This document shows positions 28,501 through 40,500 of a DNA stretch of 64,000 nucleotides, one piece after another. Positions within the stretch are counted from its first letter, which is position 1. Every line of letters begins with the position of its first letter. Under the pieces are notes generated by a model, which saw only the letters and a program-made list of their open reading frames with translations, ran no database searches and had not been told where the DNA came from. Both the position numbers and the translations under genes were made by a program. Source of the DNA: Balanoglossus misakiensis (taxonomy: Eukaryota; Animalia; Hemichordata); NCBI GenBank assembly GCA_040954595.2, contig CM082583.2:11359656-11423655 (forward strand). The letters are read 5' to 3'.

Positions 28501-31500
28501 TGAGACACGTTCAGGGGAGAGCTCCCTTGCATATTTTAGAGTCGGGTGCTGTCAGTCGACCGTGGTGTTCGGGGATCGGATACAAATCCGGGGGAAAAAA
28601 GGGTGTAGCCAGTGGAAGGTATAGAGACCGTTATGATGGAAGCGTAAAAGAAATGCCAAACAAGCTGAAAAGGCAAGCTTCGAAAGTGTGGAAAACCTTT
28701 CGAAATCTGAGCCACAAGGACAGGAGTCCATGCGAGAACTTGTACACACAGACGATATACGAGACGGAAAATGGAGGTGATGGTTAGTTGTGTTGGTTGA
28801 TTTTTTTTTTACTTTGACATTTACACGTGGATGGTTTTGTTGTCACGGCGCCAGTCTGCCCTGAATTCATCTTCAAATACATGTATTTGTTGTCAGGCAG
28901 AGTATCAGTCTAATATACTGACCCCAGTACATATTACATACACTGTGTTTCTTTGGCTTCATAATAGTTTAGTACACACAGCTTCAAGAAAAAATAGTGA
29001 TAGACCACTGTGAATGACCCTTCACAACAACAAGGCTCCGCTCAGGTTCTGACACGGTTTGTGTCTTCAAATGCTGAAATTTAAAATTCCCACATGAAAT
29101 AAACAAAAACAAGACCACGGGACGGCAACAGTTACTGTGATGTAGTTTCCTTTGTTTCTCTTCTTATCAAACGCTAATGTATTCAAAAATGATGATGCAT
29201 TGTGGACAGGAAGCCGCCAATTTGTGGCGTGTGTTGAAACCTTGTTACTGAGATTATTATTTGTCAGAGTCAGTCGTATCTCTTTCATCTTATTCCAATT
29301 CTACTGGTCCTGGAGTGGCGTACGTGGGGGGTCAACAAGAAGTCACTGTGCTCTTTCCTTCATATTTAAATTATTCAAGACCCAGAGATTTATTAAATAT
29401 GCAAATTTATTTCTTGGCTACTTGGATTACTAATCAGTTTCAATGTAAGCTGCATGGCGCATCCCACGTCGTATGGAAAGAATAAAAAAAACATCGCCAT
29501 ATTGTCAGTCTGTCCCGATTTCATGGACACTGTATCCCTAACCCCTCTTCAAATATATTTGTCTCGTGTCCGCACTGTGGCACCTGCTTTATGGAAAATG
29601 TCATTGGAAGTGCCCGCCAGGTATGGTTTGATATGATAGCGGAACCATTTACAGTGACTGTCATTCTAAAGAGAAGATTGGGTTGTTTTTTGTTCAACAA
29701 AAGCCCTGGAGTGTTGTCATGAAAGACACATGGCTTGGTATCAGTTTCACTTTGAGGGGTTCGGGAGGATTTTTTTAGCGGAGGAGTTGTCTTCCTTGTA
29801 GGGGATTGTTTTTCTGTGACTCAGATAACCCAGAATATCTAGATCGCAATCACTTACCAGTATGGTTGTGGATTTAACACAGTACAGCAGAACATGAAGT
29901 GTCTTTCCGGACCGGGTGCCTTTCCCAATCTGCTGTTTTTGCAACTTTGTCAATTCAAGCTTGAAAACTTTATTCAGGCTATTGGTATCACAACTGTAAC
30001 ATAACCTCAGTTGAAAATTGATACTTGCATTCTGGTGTGTTGCCAATAGCAACCATGGTGTAATCCTGTATAAATCTGAGCTCTGAATCAGAGTGATCAT
30101 TAATTCAGATTTTCAAAATGTCACCACCGTGGATGAAACGCTAATCTTCCAACTTCTCTTCCCAAGATTTGTGTGATCTGATAACCCCAACAGAATGAAA
30201 TATTCTTTTCTATAATTCATAGACTTATTTTCACTCCAACTTCCAGGCCTCTTTAGTCGCCATGGATGCATGAAGTCCGGGTTGGGGTGGTAATGGATTG
30301 GGCTCTGTCGGATCCAATATAGTCGGCCATATTGGGTCACGTCAATTTGTGCTCTGGTGAAATTCATTTTGTTATGAAAAGACACAAAATGCCAGTTGAC
30401 CATTACGTTAGTTGAGAAGAATATTAAGTGTGTAAACAGTATTGAGTCAGACACGTGATGAAATTCATAATGTGTCCAAGTTTTCATGGCCATTGCTATA
30501 TTTTACCATGTAAAATACCTAAACATGGCCGACTGTATTGATATGGGTTCACTGCACGATACTGTGGTTTTTACTGACAAGAATACGGCGACATTGCTGA
30601 CCCCCTGGCTACCAGGTTTACATCACAGAATTCCTTGCGTTGATCAGAACAGATATATATTTCAGTGGCAGAGCTGTGGCAGTTGTTTGCGTAGACTCGG
30701 CCGGATTTCATGCTGATTTGATACATGGAGGAATTCAAAATCTATCAGAAAATCGTTTGTTAGAGAAGCCGGTTTTGATTTTTTTCCCCTTTGAAATTTG
30801 GCCACATAAACTGATATTTGAGGCTAACTTGGATATCGTCGATATGATCATGATTTGGCAAGGGTTTTTTTTGCACTAAAACTGTCAACACATTCCATTG
30901 CATTTTGTGTTCTAACGGTAATGTGCAGTTGCAACCCAGTGTGTTGCTCATTTTACTTTTGGAGAGAGAAAAAATGAAATTGCATTGTTTTTAAAGAAAT
31001 TAATACTTAACCAGGTGAGACGTTAAAAATTTACAGCTTTTATTGATGTATTGCTCTGAACTGAATTTAATGCTGCTTTCCATCTCCTGTTGCACTCTAT
31101 TCACCCTCGTTTCATTGACACTGCTTACCTCCAGTGCAACAATGGTATGTCCCTCTCACCATGTAAATGCCAGTGCCTTATGCGTGGCTGACAGTTGCGG
31201 CGCGTGTTATCATCCATAATGAAGAGTCACCCAATCCAACCTGTGTCACCAGATACGCTTCGTTTGGAGACAGAGCCAGCCTCCTGTATCTCTGCTCGTT
31301 TCTGATTTAATGTCGAATTCTGCGTGATTTCATCGTCTTTTGGCCATCACTTTTATCTTCGTCAGTCTACATGAATCATCAAGGCCTTATAGTACGTGTA
31401 CTTTGAAATTGCAGTCTACCTGCATAAGCCATTGTCATCGCATTGATCACCTCTGCTGGGCGTGCGTGTGTAGGTTTGTTTGGATTCATTGCCAGTAATA

Positions 31501-34500
31501 TGTAGCGGTACTCCCACTAGTCATGGATGGATTAAGCTCACTTTGCATCAAGACGCCATCTGGAACCTGTCTTCTGGGATGATGCTGCCTTCTCATGGAA
31601 GGGTCCCCGATTGACAACCTCACCGGCTTCATTCCAGATGTAGCCGTTGGAGTAATATTCCTGCTGGCTATGTACCTCGTAGCTCACCATTTTCCTGTGG
31701 TAGATCTTGCCAAGTACACATATGCACATTACTATGGTAATATACATGTATCTTCCAGCGTTCGCTGTTTCTGTTCAAGGCTTTCCACACTTTGGCACAT
31801 TTTTTTTGGTGCATCAATTTCCCGTTTATCGTCTGCCTGCTTCAGTTCAATTTCAGGTATCTAAAAACGGCAACTTGTTTGCCGTCAACCTTTGTAATGG
31901 CAAAACTGAGCCAACATATGATTTAACAGCCGGTTTTTATCATAAATGCTGTCTGCACATATCAGCCAGCCAGGCAGCTTGCCTGGGTGTGTATTAATAG
32001 CATTTAGAGATTCAATCAAGAACCCCGCCCTCTGGGTAATTCCATACAAGAAAGCATACCCGGCCGTTGCCATGTTTCCGTGGCAACTGGACCTGCCCGT
32101 GAAAATAACGAGCTTTCAGCTTGCCGTCTCAACTGTGTGTGTGTATCCCTAGAATGACCTCCATGACTCAACGAGCAGGTCAATGCAAACTACCATTTGG
32201 CCTTCAGTAGGATCAGTAGCAACGCTCCTCATTATTATTGCACGGTACATGTATATCAGCATTCATGTCTATATTGTAAGCAATCTCGCCCTTGCAATTT
32301 GATCTTCAACAAGCAATTCATTGGCTTGAAAAAAAAATTATCTGTTCAAAAATCAATTTAGTTTTAATTAGAACATCAGGGAGATAGCAACACTGGAGAT
32401 CATAGTCATTAGTTTGCTGTTTTACATTTATTTTATTTCCCCCGATAGAAATCAGCTAGATTTGTAAAGTAGGTTTTTAGAAGGTGCGAAGCCTCACATA
32501 TGGTAGAGCCCAAGAATTAAAATATCACGCAGCCTCTGTGTGTAGGAGTGAATCTCTGTATAATTTCTCCAAGGCAGAGTCAGATATATCTGATGTATTA
32601 TTCAGCCAGTTGTCAAATTTTAATTTATATACCATCTAAAAATATAGGCCAATTCTCGAGTTTCTGACTTATATTTCTATAGATTTTATATCTGGCGGAA
32701 ACAGGATCAATATCCCCACTGTATTCAGGTTTCCAAGTAAACCACTTGTGCATTCTTAGCTTTCACTTCCATTATGAAATCATCTTTCCTTCTGCGTTGA
32801 AATGTCAAAGTTCACACCAAAGACTCCATCTTGTTTGTAAGTGAAAAATGAAGGTTTGAAAGAAAATATTGGATAGATTGTCAAATCTGTGTTGACAGCG
32901 AATTCGTACACAGTTTTGGATTTTAACTTTCCTTTAGGCCAAGCTGATCCCCAAATAAATACAATGAAAGTACGCTGTGTTTTTAAAAATTCAGTTATGC
33001 TATTTGATATCCCTGCCGTTTAAAACATTATACTCCCTTTGCAGTTGATATATTAGATTCACGTTGGTGCGTCCAGAAGCTTTTTAATCTGCATGTCTAT
33101 TTTTAAATTAGTACAGGGAAAAAGGATTTGCAGAATGTAGTGCAAATGACGTATTACAACCAGCGTTATTTGCTTTGGGTAAATACATGCGGAAATGTGA
33201 AATTTATACAACAAGGTCAAATGTATTTTTATTGTGATGCAGAGATGTAAACTAGATGTGACAAAAGCAGAAAATATGTCTTTGTTCTGTGTTTCTTTGT
33301 CTCGGTTGCGGATAAAAGACATTAAAAATGTGATGTGAATGATGACATATTAATGTTGAATACATGCATGGCCATTGGCCTTCATGTTGAAAAAAGCTGG
33401 AGGGTTGGAAAGCCTAACAAATGCTGGCAATGATATAGGCTGAAAATGACTACTTGGGGACAATACTTGCAGATTAAAAACCGTCTTGTAAATTTAGGTT
33501 CAGTGCAGATTAAAATGCTTTGTATAAAATGTAGGTTCAATACAGACAGATACAATTGTCAGTTTACTCACATATTGTAATAAAAATCAAACAAATCAGT
33601 CAAAACCACAAAAATTAGCCAATGTCAAAGTGTGGAATGTGTTCACCTGTGTTGGTTACACTGATGTAACTACATGTTTAACGGGATATAACGCTAATCG
33701 TCTCTAATTAAGATACAGCCATATATGGTTATAAGGACATGTGTAAGTCTTCAATGACCTTTTGTGGGTAACACTTTTTTTACATGTGGCCACCCAGGTG
33801 AAAATCTGTGGGTGACTAGATCTCCAGTTTCCATGGCAACTGTGATTAAATTTGCATAGGTGACTGTATACCATTAATACCCGAAGGGATATTTTCTGTA
33901 TTTCATCTGAGTCTGCCAAGCAACACATTTCTCGTTCCTACTAGCAATAACAAATTGGTAAATTAACCGGGTTATATGGATTAACACTGGTTATCGCCAT
34001 CCTCGTAGAAATAACGGTCGTACAGTGCTTTGCACCCAAAGATGAAGAACATCATAAAACGCTCTCCTGCTAAATCATTGCTGAACAACTGTTTGCATTT
34101 AGTATAAAGTTTCAATGTATTTAAAGTTCTATAATTTCAGAACAAACAGCCTCATGCTGCAAAGTACACACTTGGTGAACCTGTGTACCAGACTCCCCAT
34201 TTTTCGTTTTTTTTTTCAGCAATTAAACAAACAAAGGCATCAGTAAAAATTTCATGACGAGTTATAATTTTTCACATTTTCTTTTTGTTATTTTTTTAAA
34301 ATTAGGAAGTGGACCATCTGAGCAGACGTCTGCAGCCAACAGACCGTCAAGTCAAACCTCGGTGAGGTCACTAACAGATGTGGGATATGAAGTCGCCGGT
34401 TTATCGGATAACGATGTAAGTATTATAAAATTGCACTGAGATTTTCTTTTAATATATGTAATTTATGAGCCCCCTTTTTTTCCTTTTCTGACCACCACAG

Positions 34501-37500
34501 CAAAGCTGTTTATACCCAACAGTTACTCAAGGGGATTCCATGGAATGCTATGAGGTATCCATTGGTTGGTTGCCGGTTGTTTTCCTGCATTTTTGAAGTT
34601 CTTGGGAGTGACTTCCATTGATCAATATATGCTGCCCTCGTGCTGTTTGTGTTGCAGAAAATTAAAGTTTAAGTCTCCCATGTATAAATGTATTTTAAAA
34701 GCATTTTGGGCATTCTTTCGAGTTTGTAGGTTTGAGGTCGTAAGGTGAAAGGTTGAACTTTCAGGAAAGCATTATCTGTCAATAGAATATTCTCTCTGTT
34801 GAGGATAGGATTCAGAATGGAAGAAAATTGTTAAGATTTTATCTACTTTGCACAAAATTCTGCTTAATTAGTGTTCACAAACATCTCTATGTGTTCAGGG
34901 CTGCTATAGTGTCCTTGTGAATTTTAAAAGTTGTTTACCAACAGTGCAGTATTGTGGTATAATTTTCATTGACGATTGTACATATGAATGCAGGCTGTAT
35001 ACGTAATTATTGCATTGAAAAAATAATGATATTGCATTCATTGATACTTTGGGTGTTTAGTTTCCATCATTTGATTTATAGCTCCAAGAGACAGAGACAT
35101 AAATCTCCATGAGCAGAACCTTGGGAGATATGTCGGTGTTGTCATGAAATATGAGAAGATGATAGCGTGAATATGTGTGGTTGATCAGCCGCTTGTCGTC
35201 GTCTGTAATGACTCCATTATCCGTACCAATAAATGCTAATCTCTAATTCACTTATTCTGATCAGATGAATGCTGTCAACTTGTTTTGAAGAGAATCGGTC
35301 ATGTTTTCACTGGCCTTGTTGAGGGTTTCTGCCGTAGTTTCTTTAATCCTGTCCTGTTTGATAAGAGGTAACCCGTGGATTGTGTTCAGCTTTGATATCA
35401 TGACAGTAATCCCCCCTCTGCCCAACAGAATCCCCAAATCCCCACCCAAAGGATGAGTGGAACAGTCATTGCCACTTTTTTTGTCCTTTCTCTTTCAAGG
35501 AACTGGACAGCAGGCGACGCAGCCTGAGCCAGAGTTCAATGGACTCGGCCAGCGATGTCCTGTTGCCACAGCAACCACTTCACAAGCCGATTCAGAAGGC
35601 CGTGTCTGTAGGTGCCATTCACATGATGAAAGATGGAGAGCATGGTGAGTATTTGTTGAGGTCAGAGGTCACTGTGACCTCAAGCAGATTTTTATGGACA
35701 CATTTGATACTTGTTCATTCAAGGTGATCGCATGCAGTTAATTCAGTACATGAAGCGAGCTTCACAGTCCTGTCCAGGGGAAAATGTATCGGGTACGTTT
35801 ATCGGAGAATTTCTGGTGTGTACTGAAGACAGAGGCAGAAGGTGAACCTCTTGAAGCACGGCTTTAAGTACCTCATGATGTTTGTGAAATACTTTCTCCA
35901 TTTAGGGATAGGCATTGGAAATATTTTAAACTCCGGGAGGAAGATAGAATATGAAAGGAAAACGGGTGAATTTGAAGTGTGGAGTTGGGTGGATACGATA
36001 CACACATGAAATGCTGCAGTCTCCGGTCACTTTGTTCTTACCCAGGGTTATTATTTAAAAAATTTACAGGACACAGACAAGACAGCATTCTCTCTCAACC
36101 AGAAACAAAGAAAGAAAAAAGGTAGGTGTCCGAGAGATTGATGAAGGAAAGTGCCGAGGGCCTAGCTGTCTATCTTCTGCTAGGAATGGAATTTTGTCAG
36201 TGATGCTGTCCCCCCAAGACTGATATTGATGAGCTTCTCAAGTGTCGGCCATATTGTGTTACACAGAACTTTGATTGCCAAGTTATCGTGATGTGATGGA
36301 CTTTACATGTATGTGCGTGTGTGTGTGTGTGTGTATATATATGTGTGTGTGAAGTTTGTGTGTGTATATATGTGTGTGCATATGGATAGATGGATGGATG
36401 GATATGTGTATGTGTGCGTGTGTGTATGTGCATGTGTTCATGTGCATCGACTGTGTATGCAAAACCTGCTGCGCTGAGTACTAAAACTATTAACACTATT
36501 AACTTGAGTAAAGGCCAACTAAATGTACCATTCATTCTCTTGGGTGTTTCGGAGTGTTTTTCTCATTTTCATTGGAACTTCTTACATTACCAGTGTCTTC
36601 AGAAAATTAACTCATATCATTTGCTCTTCATCCTGGTCAAACATTTCAGCAGTTGACATGGTTTTGTTTTGTAATTTATGAAAATGAAAAAGACAAGTTT
36701 TCACACTGGCTTGCTGACATGCCCGTCAAGCTCCAAAATGAGTGTTGACCACACAAAAAACTGCCACTGCTAATGCTTTGATGTGTTAAATTTTGTAAAT
36801 GTCTTTTTTCATTAATTAACCACTCCTTTCTGGTTCTATGGAGTTGTAGCCTGGATGTGCTCTGTGCTCAAATTCTGTTTGTGATCCGGTGTTGGTTGTT
36901 CTTACAGAACTGCTAAAGATTCACACCTTCTGTTGCAAGAATTAATCAAACAACATGAGTAAGTCGCATTTCCTCTGCATGTGTGCTTTGTGGTTCTGCC
37001 ATTTCATTTTAATTTTTGCCTCTCACACTGCATGACTGCAGATTATTATTAATTTGTTTGTCCTGCACAACAAGTGATTTTTGTCTGCTCTCACATCCCC
37101 CACTCTTGCCATCGTCACTCCCTCATCGATCGAAGAGAAAGAAAACAGGGAAGTTTGCAAGGTAAACCGTGTGATGGAACGTATCAAAATGGCCGCCTCA
37201 TTCGTCTGTTTTGTTGTGTGTTTTTCATCTTCTCCAGTGAGGAACAAGGCAGGGAGGAGGGGGAGGCAGCTGACGTGTACAGCGATGACTTGTACCAGAA
37301 TTTCCTGCGTAGCAAGAAGAGAACCAAAGCCCGCATGTCGCTGACAGAATTTCTCTGTGACCCCCGAAATTTTGACGGTAATGAGGAACAGCAGGTCACA
37401 GCCACTAGGCAAGGTTAGTTGATTTCAGTACTGTGTGATCATGTAGGTGTCTTGATAAATTCTGTCATTCTAACTTTAATGAATGACTTTGTCCCTTTAA

Positions 37501-40500
37501 CAAATGCATCAATGAAGTGAATGGTATGGGTATTTGGATAAATATTTTCCTGTACTCTTTTAAAATCAGCTGAACTGCTACAATCTACCAAAGGGGAAAC
37601 TGAGAAGAAGTCAAGTTCTTTGAGCAGCAAGGCTTTCAATCTGTTCAGAATGCCAAGCACAAGACCAAGGAATAAGGATAAGGTAAATTATGATGCTATT
37701 TTTCCTATGCAGTATAGCAAAGGTTTCTGAGTCATACTGCAAGGACACAGAATATACAGCCCTATCGTTGAAAGTCAATGGCATACCACATTTGATGAAA
37801 TTCCTGAGTTTGAACTGCTTGACGAAGCGATTGTGGTCATTCTTTTAGATCCACTGAAATTTCTTCGCTAGATCAATTTATTCACAGCTGTGGTCTGGCA
37901 TTTAAATCAAAAGGTGGGGCTGCTTGACATTTGACCCCTTTCCCTTTTTAAACCTCTCCCACATTCTTGGGGATATTGAGCCGAGTTTAGCCAGCAGATC
38001 TTGTGCCAGTGTGTGGGGAGTGTAAATCTGGGGGCGCTATTAATAGAAGCTTGTTTTTGTGGTGTTGTTTTACACGGACTGGTGATGTCTGTTTGTAATT
38101 GTTAATTTTTCTCCTCTGTGTTTCGCAGAGCAAGGACAAAGACAGCAAGAATAAGACAACTCATCAGTATATGGCGATATCGTTTTCCAACTCCACAAAG
38201 TGCGACTGTTGCGAGAAACCACTGGTGAATAAGGACGCCCTGCAGTGTCAAGGTGTGTGGCAACTTTAGCTTTAAAGGGACACAGGCAGTGCTGTTTAAA
38301 GGGACAAAGATATTGTTGGTATGCGCCCTGTGCTGCTCAATGCAAGTGATAAGGTCAAACCACTGGAATAAAATAATAGAATCCACTGAACGTTTATTAA
38401 AATATTAACTGTATTAATCAATGGTGGAAAGCTCTTACTAGATGTTGTCATAGAAATAGGCTTTTATTCACTTGTATATTAATTTGATTTGATGCGGGAA
38501 AGGATGTAATAATATTCAAAAATCTCCTTAAATAATTATGTGAAATTTAACCTGCATGAGGAGCATGTTCGTGCTGACAGGCAGATTATCATGACCTTTG
38601 AAAACACACAAACGTTTTTATTACTTTGCTTGTATTTGACAATCCTTTAATTTATATTCTTGTAATGAGGAAAGGTCAACTAGCTGTAAAATTGTGTAAT
38701 GGTAGAATATTATGATTAGAAAAGTTACTGCATTAATGACTCGCTTCCAGGAAATAAGTTCCAACAATTTTTGCCAGTAATTAATGTTCTCGGTTCTAAA
38801 TGGTGGAAATTTGATATTCAGATATTTTTGGTTTGTACTTTGGCCCCTAAAATATCTGGTACATCGTAAACAGATATGCATTTTTTTGTAAAATATATTT
38901 GACTCGTTTTATTTATAGTTTTGTGCGATAACTTTGTCAATTTTCTGTCGTTCGCAGCGTGTCTGATCAATGTGCACAATAACTCATGCAAGGACAACAT
39001 GGGTAATTGTTCCAAATTTGCCAAACACCTTAAGCAGCAGAAGATTACAGCCAGCAGTTTCCGTGACAAGCTGTCAATAAACAAACAACACTCAGTCAGT
39101 ATGACGGGTGAGTACATTCTGTCTGTAAAATTTTAGCATCCAGTTTATGAGTTTATCAGAAAGCAGGAATTTTGTAGCATCATTCCAATCATAAAAAACA
39201 TTCACACTTTATATACCAGATTTCAACATTCAATCAATTCTTCTCACTTTGTGTCCAAAATAAATTTAGATGCTGGTTAAAATATCAAAAACTTGAAAAG
39301 TCTAAAATTTGTTGTACTTATGTACTGAAAAGAATTTATTTTGCTATTTTCACTGATTTACAATCCAATTTCAGCTCTTCAGACGTCACAGTCATTCAGT
39401 GTGAAGGACCGACCTCGATCTGTGCATATACCCATAAAGGCTGGGCAGAGTGTAAGTGAACTGTTTCAGAAATCAAGATTATCATGAGTTTTTATGTTTT
39501 TGAAAAGAGGGATATTGATGAAGCCTTCAATTTTGTTGTCATCGTGACAGGGTTATTTTTGCCCCGAGGTTAATAGAATTTTTTTGCCAGACTTATTAAA
39601 ATTTGTAGCTCAGTGTTCAATGTGATTCAGCACCCATTTTCCTTGCATCAAATTATCCTGTTTTATTACCTTTATGATAGCCTGTAGTTGAGTGTGTACA
39701 AGTAACATCTAAATGCATTTAAAACATTTGCCTGACATCTATGTGGAATTTCTGTTCATCAGAACTCTCTACCGTCAAGCTACTCGGCCAGCAAACTTTC
39801 CTCATCTCCGGCAAAAACGAGCAGTCTTGGGTAAGTACAAGAGTCTGTGACAGATGTGTACAGCTTGTGAATAAAATGCATTTCTTCATATTACTGTACG
39901 TCCAAATTATATTCTGATGAATGCACGCAGAGAAATTTATCTGCCTCGCGTGTTTCTTACGAATTGTTACACTCAAACGCACATTGAGGTCAACGATGTT
40001 CCAAAATGGTGGATTTTGAAATAGAGGGTCAAAGGTCAACCCAACATCATGTATCCAATGATTGAGCATGAACAATAACATCATCTTTAATCTTGTTGAC
40101 TGTAAAATACTCACAATCATTAGGACTATACTGCTGAATAATGATGCAGGAACCTACTAAATCATGCTTTGTTCCGGTTGTCTTTCTTTAACATCATGTA
40201 GACTTTAATGCTCAACTTACAATCATCACCTTTATTGCTATCTAAATCATCAATACACATACTAACATTTCTCTTGTGGTTCTTCCAAACTCTTCTCGTT
40301 TCTGTAATGTGTCTTCATGCTAATTTTCTTTGTCGTCTTACGTCAACTCCACTGTCATTTTTCATTGTTCAATGGTGTAATGTAACACTCATCAATCATC
40401 CTAAATGAAAAGTTCCTGTTACCCTAATAATCAGTAAATTAATACAACCTATCATTGGTTAAATCCATGATCAGCACCCAAGCATCCAAAACCAAAGTCC

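Noticed and set aside
29454-29626. ATGs followed by a good donor CAG|gtatgg
   Set aside because: The available ATGs give phase 0 or 2, incompatible with the phase-1 acceptor at 34306; it could only be a non-coding exon.
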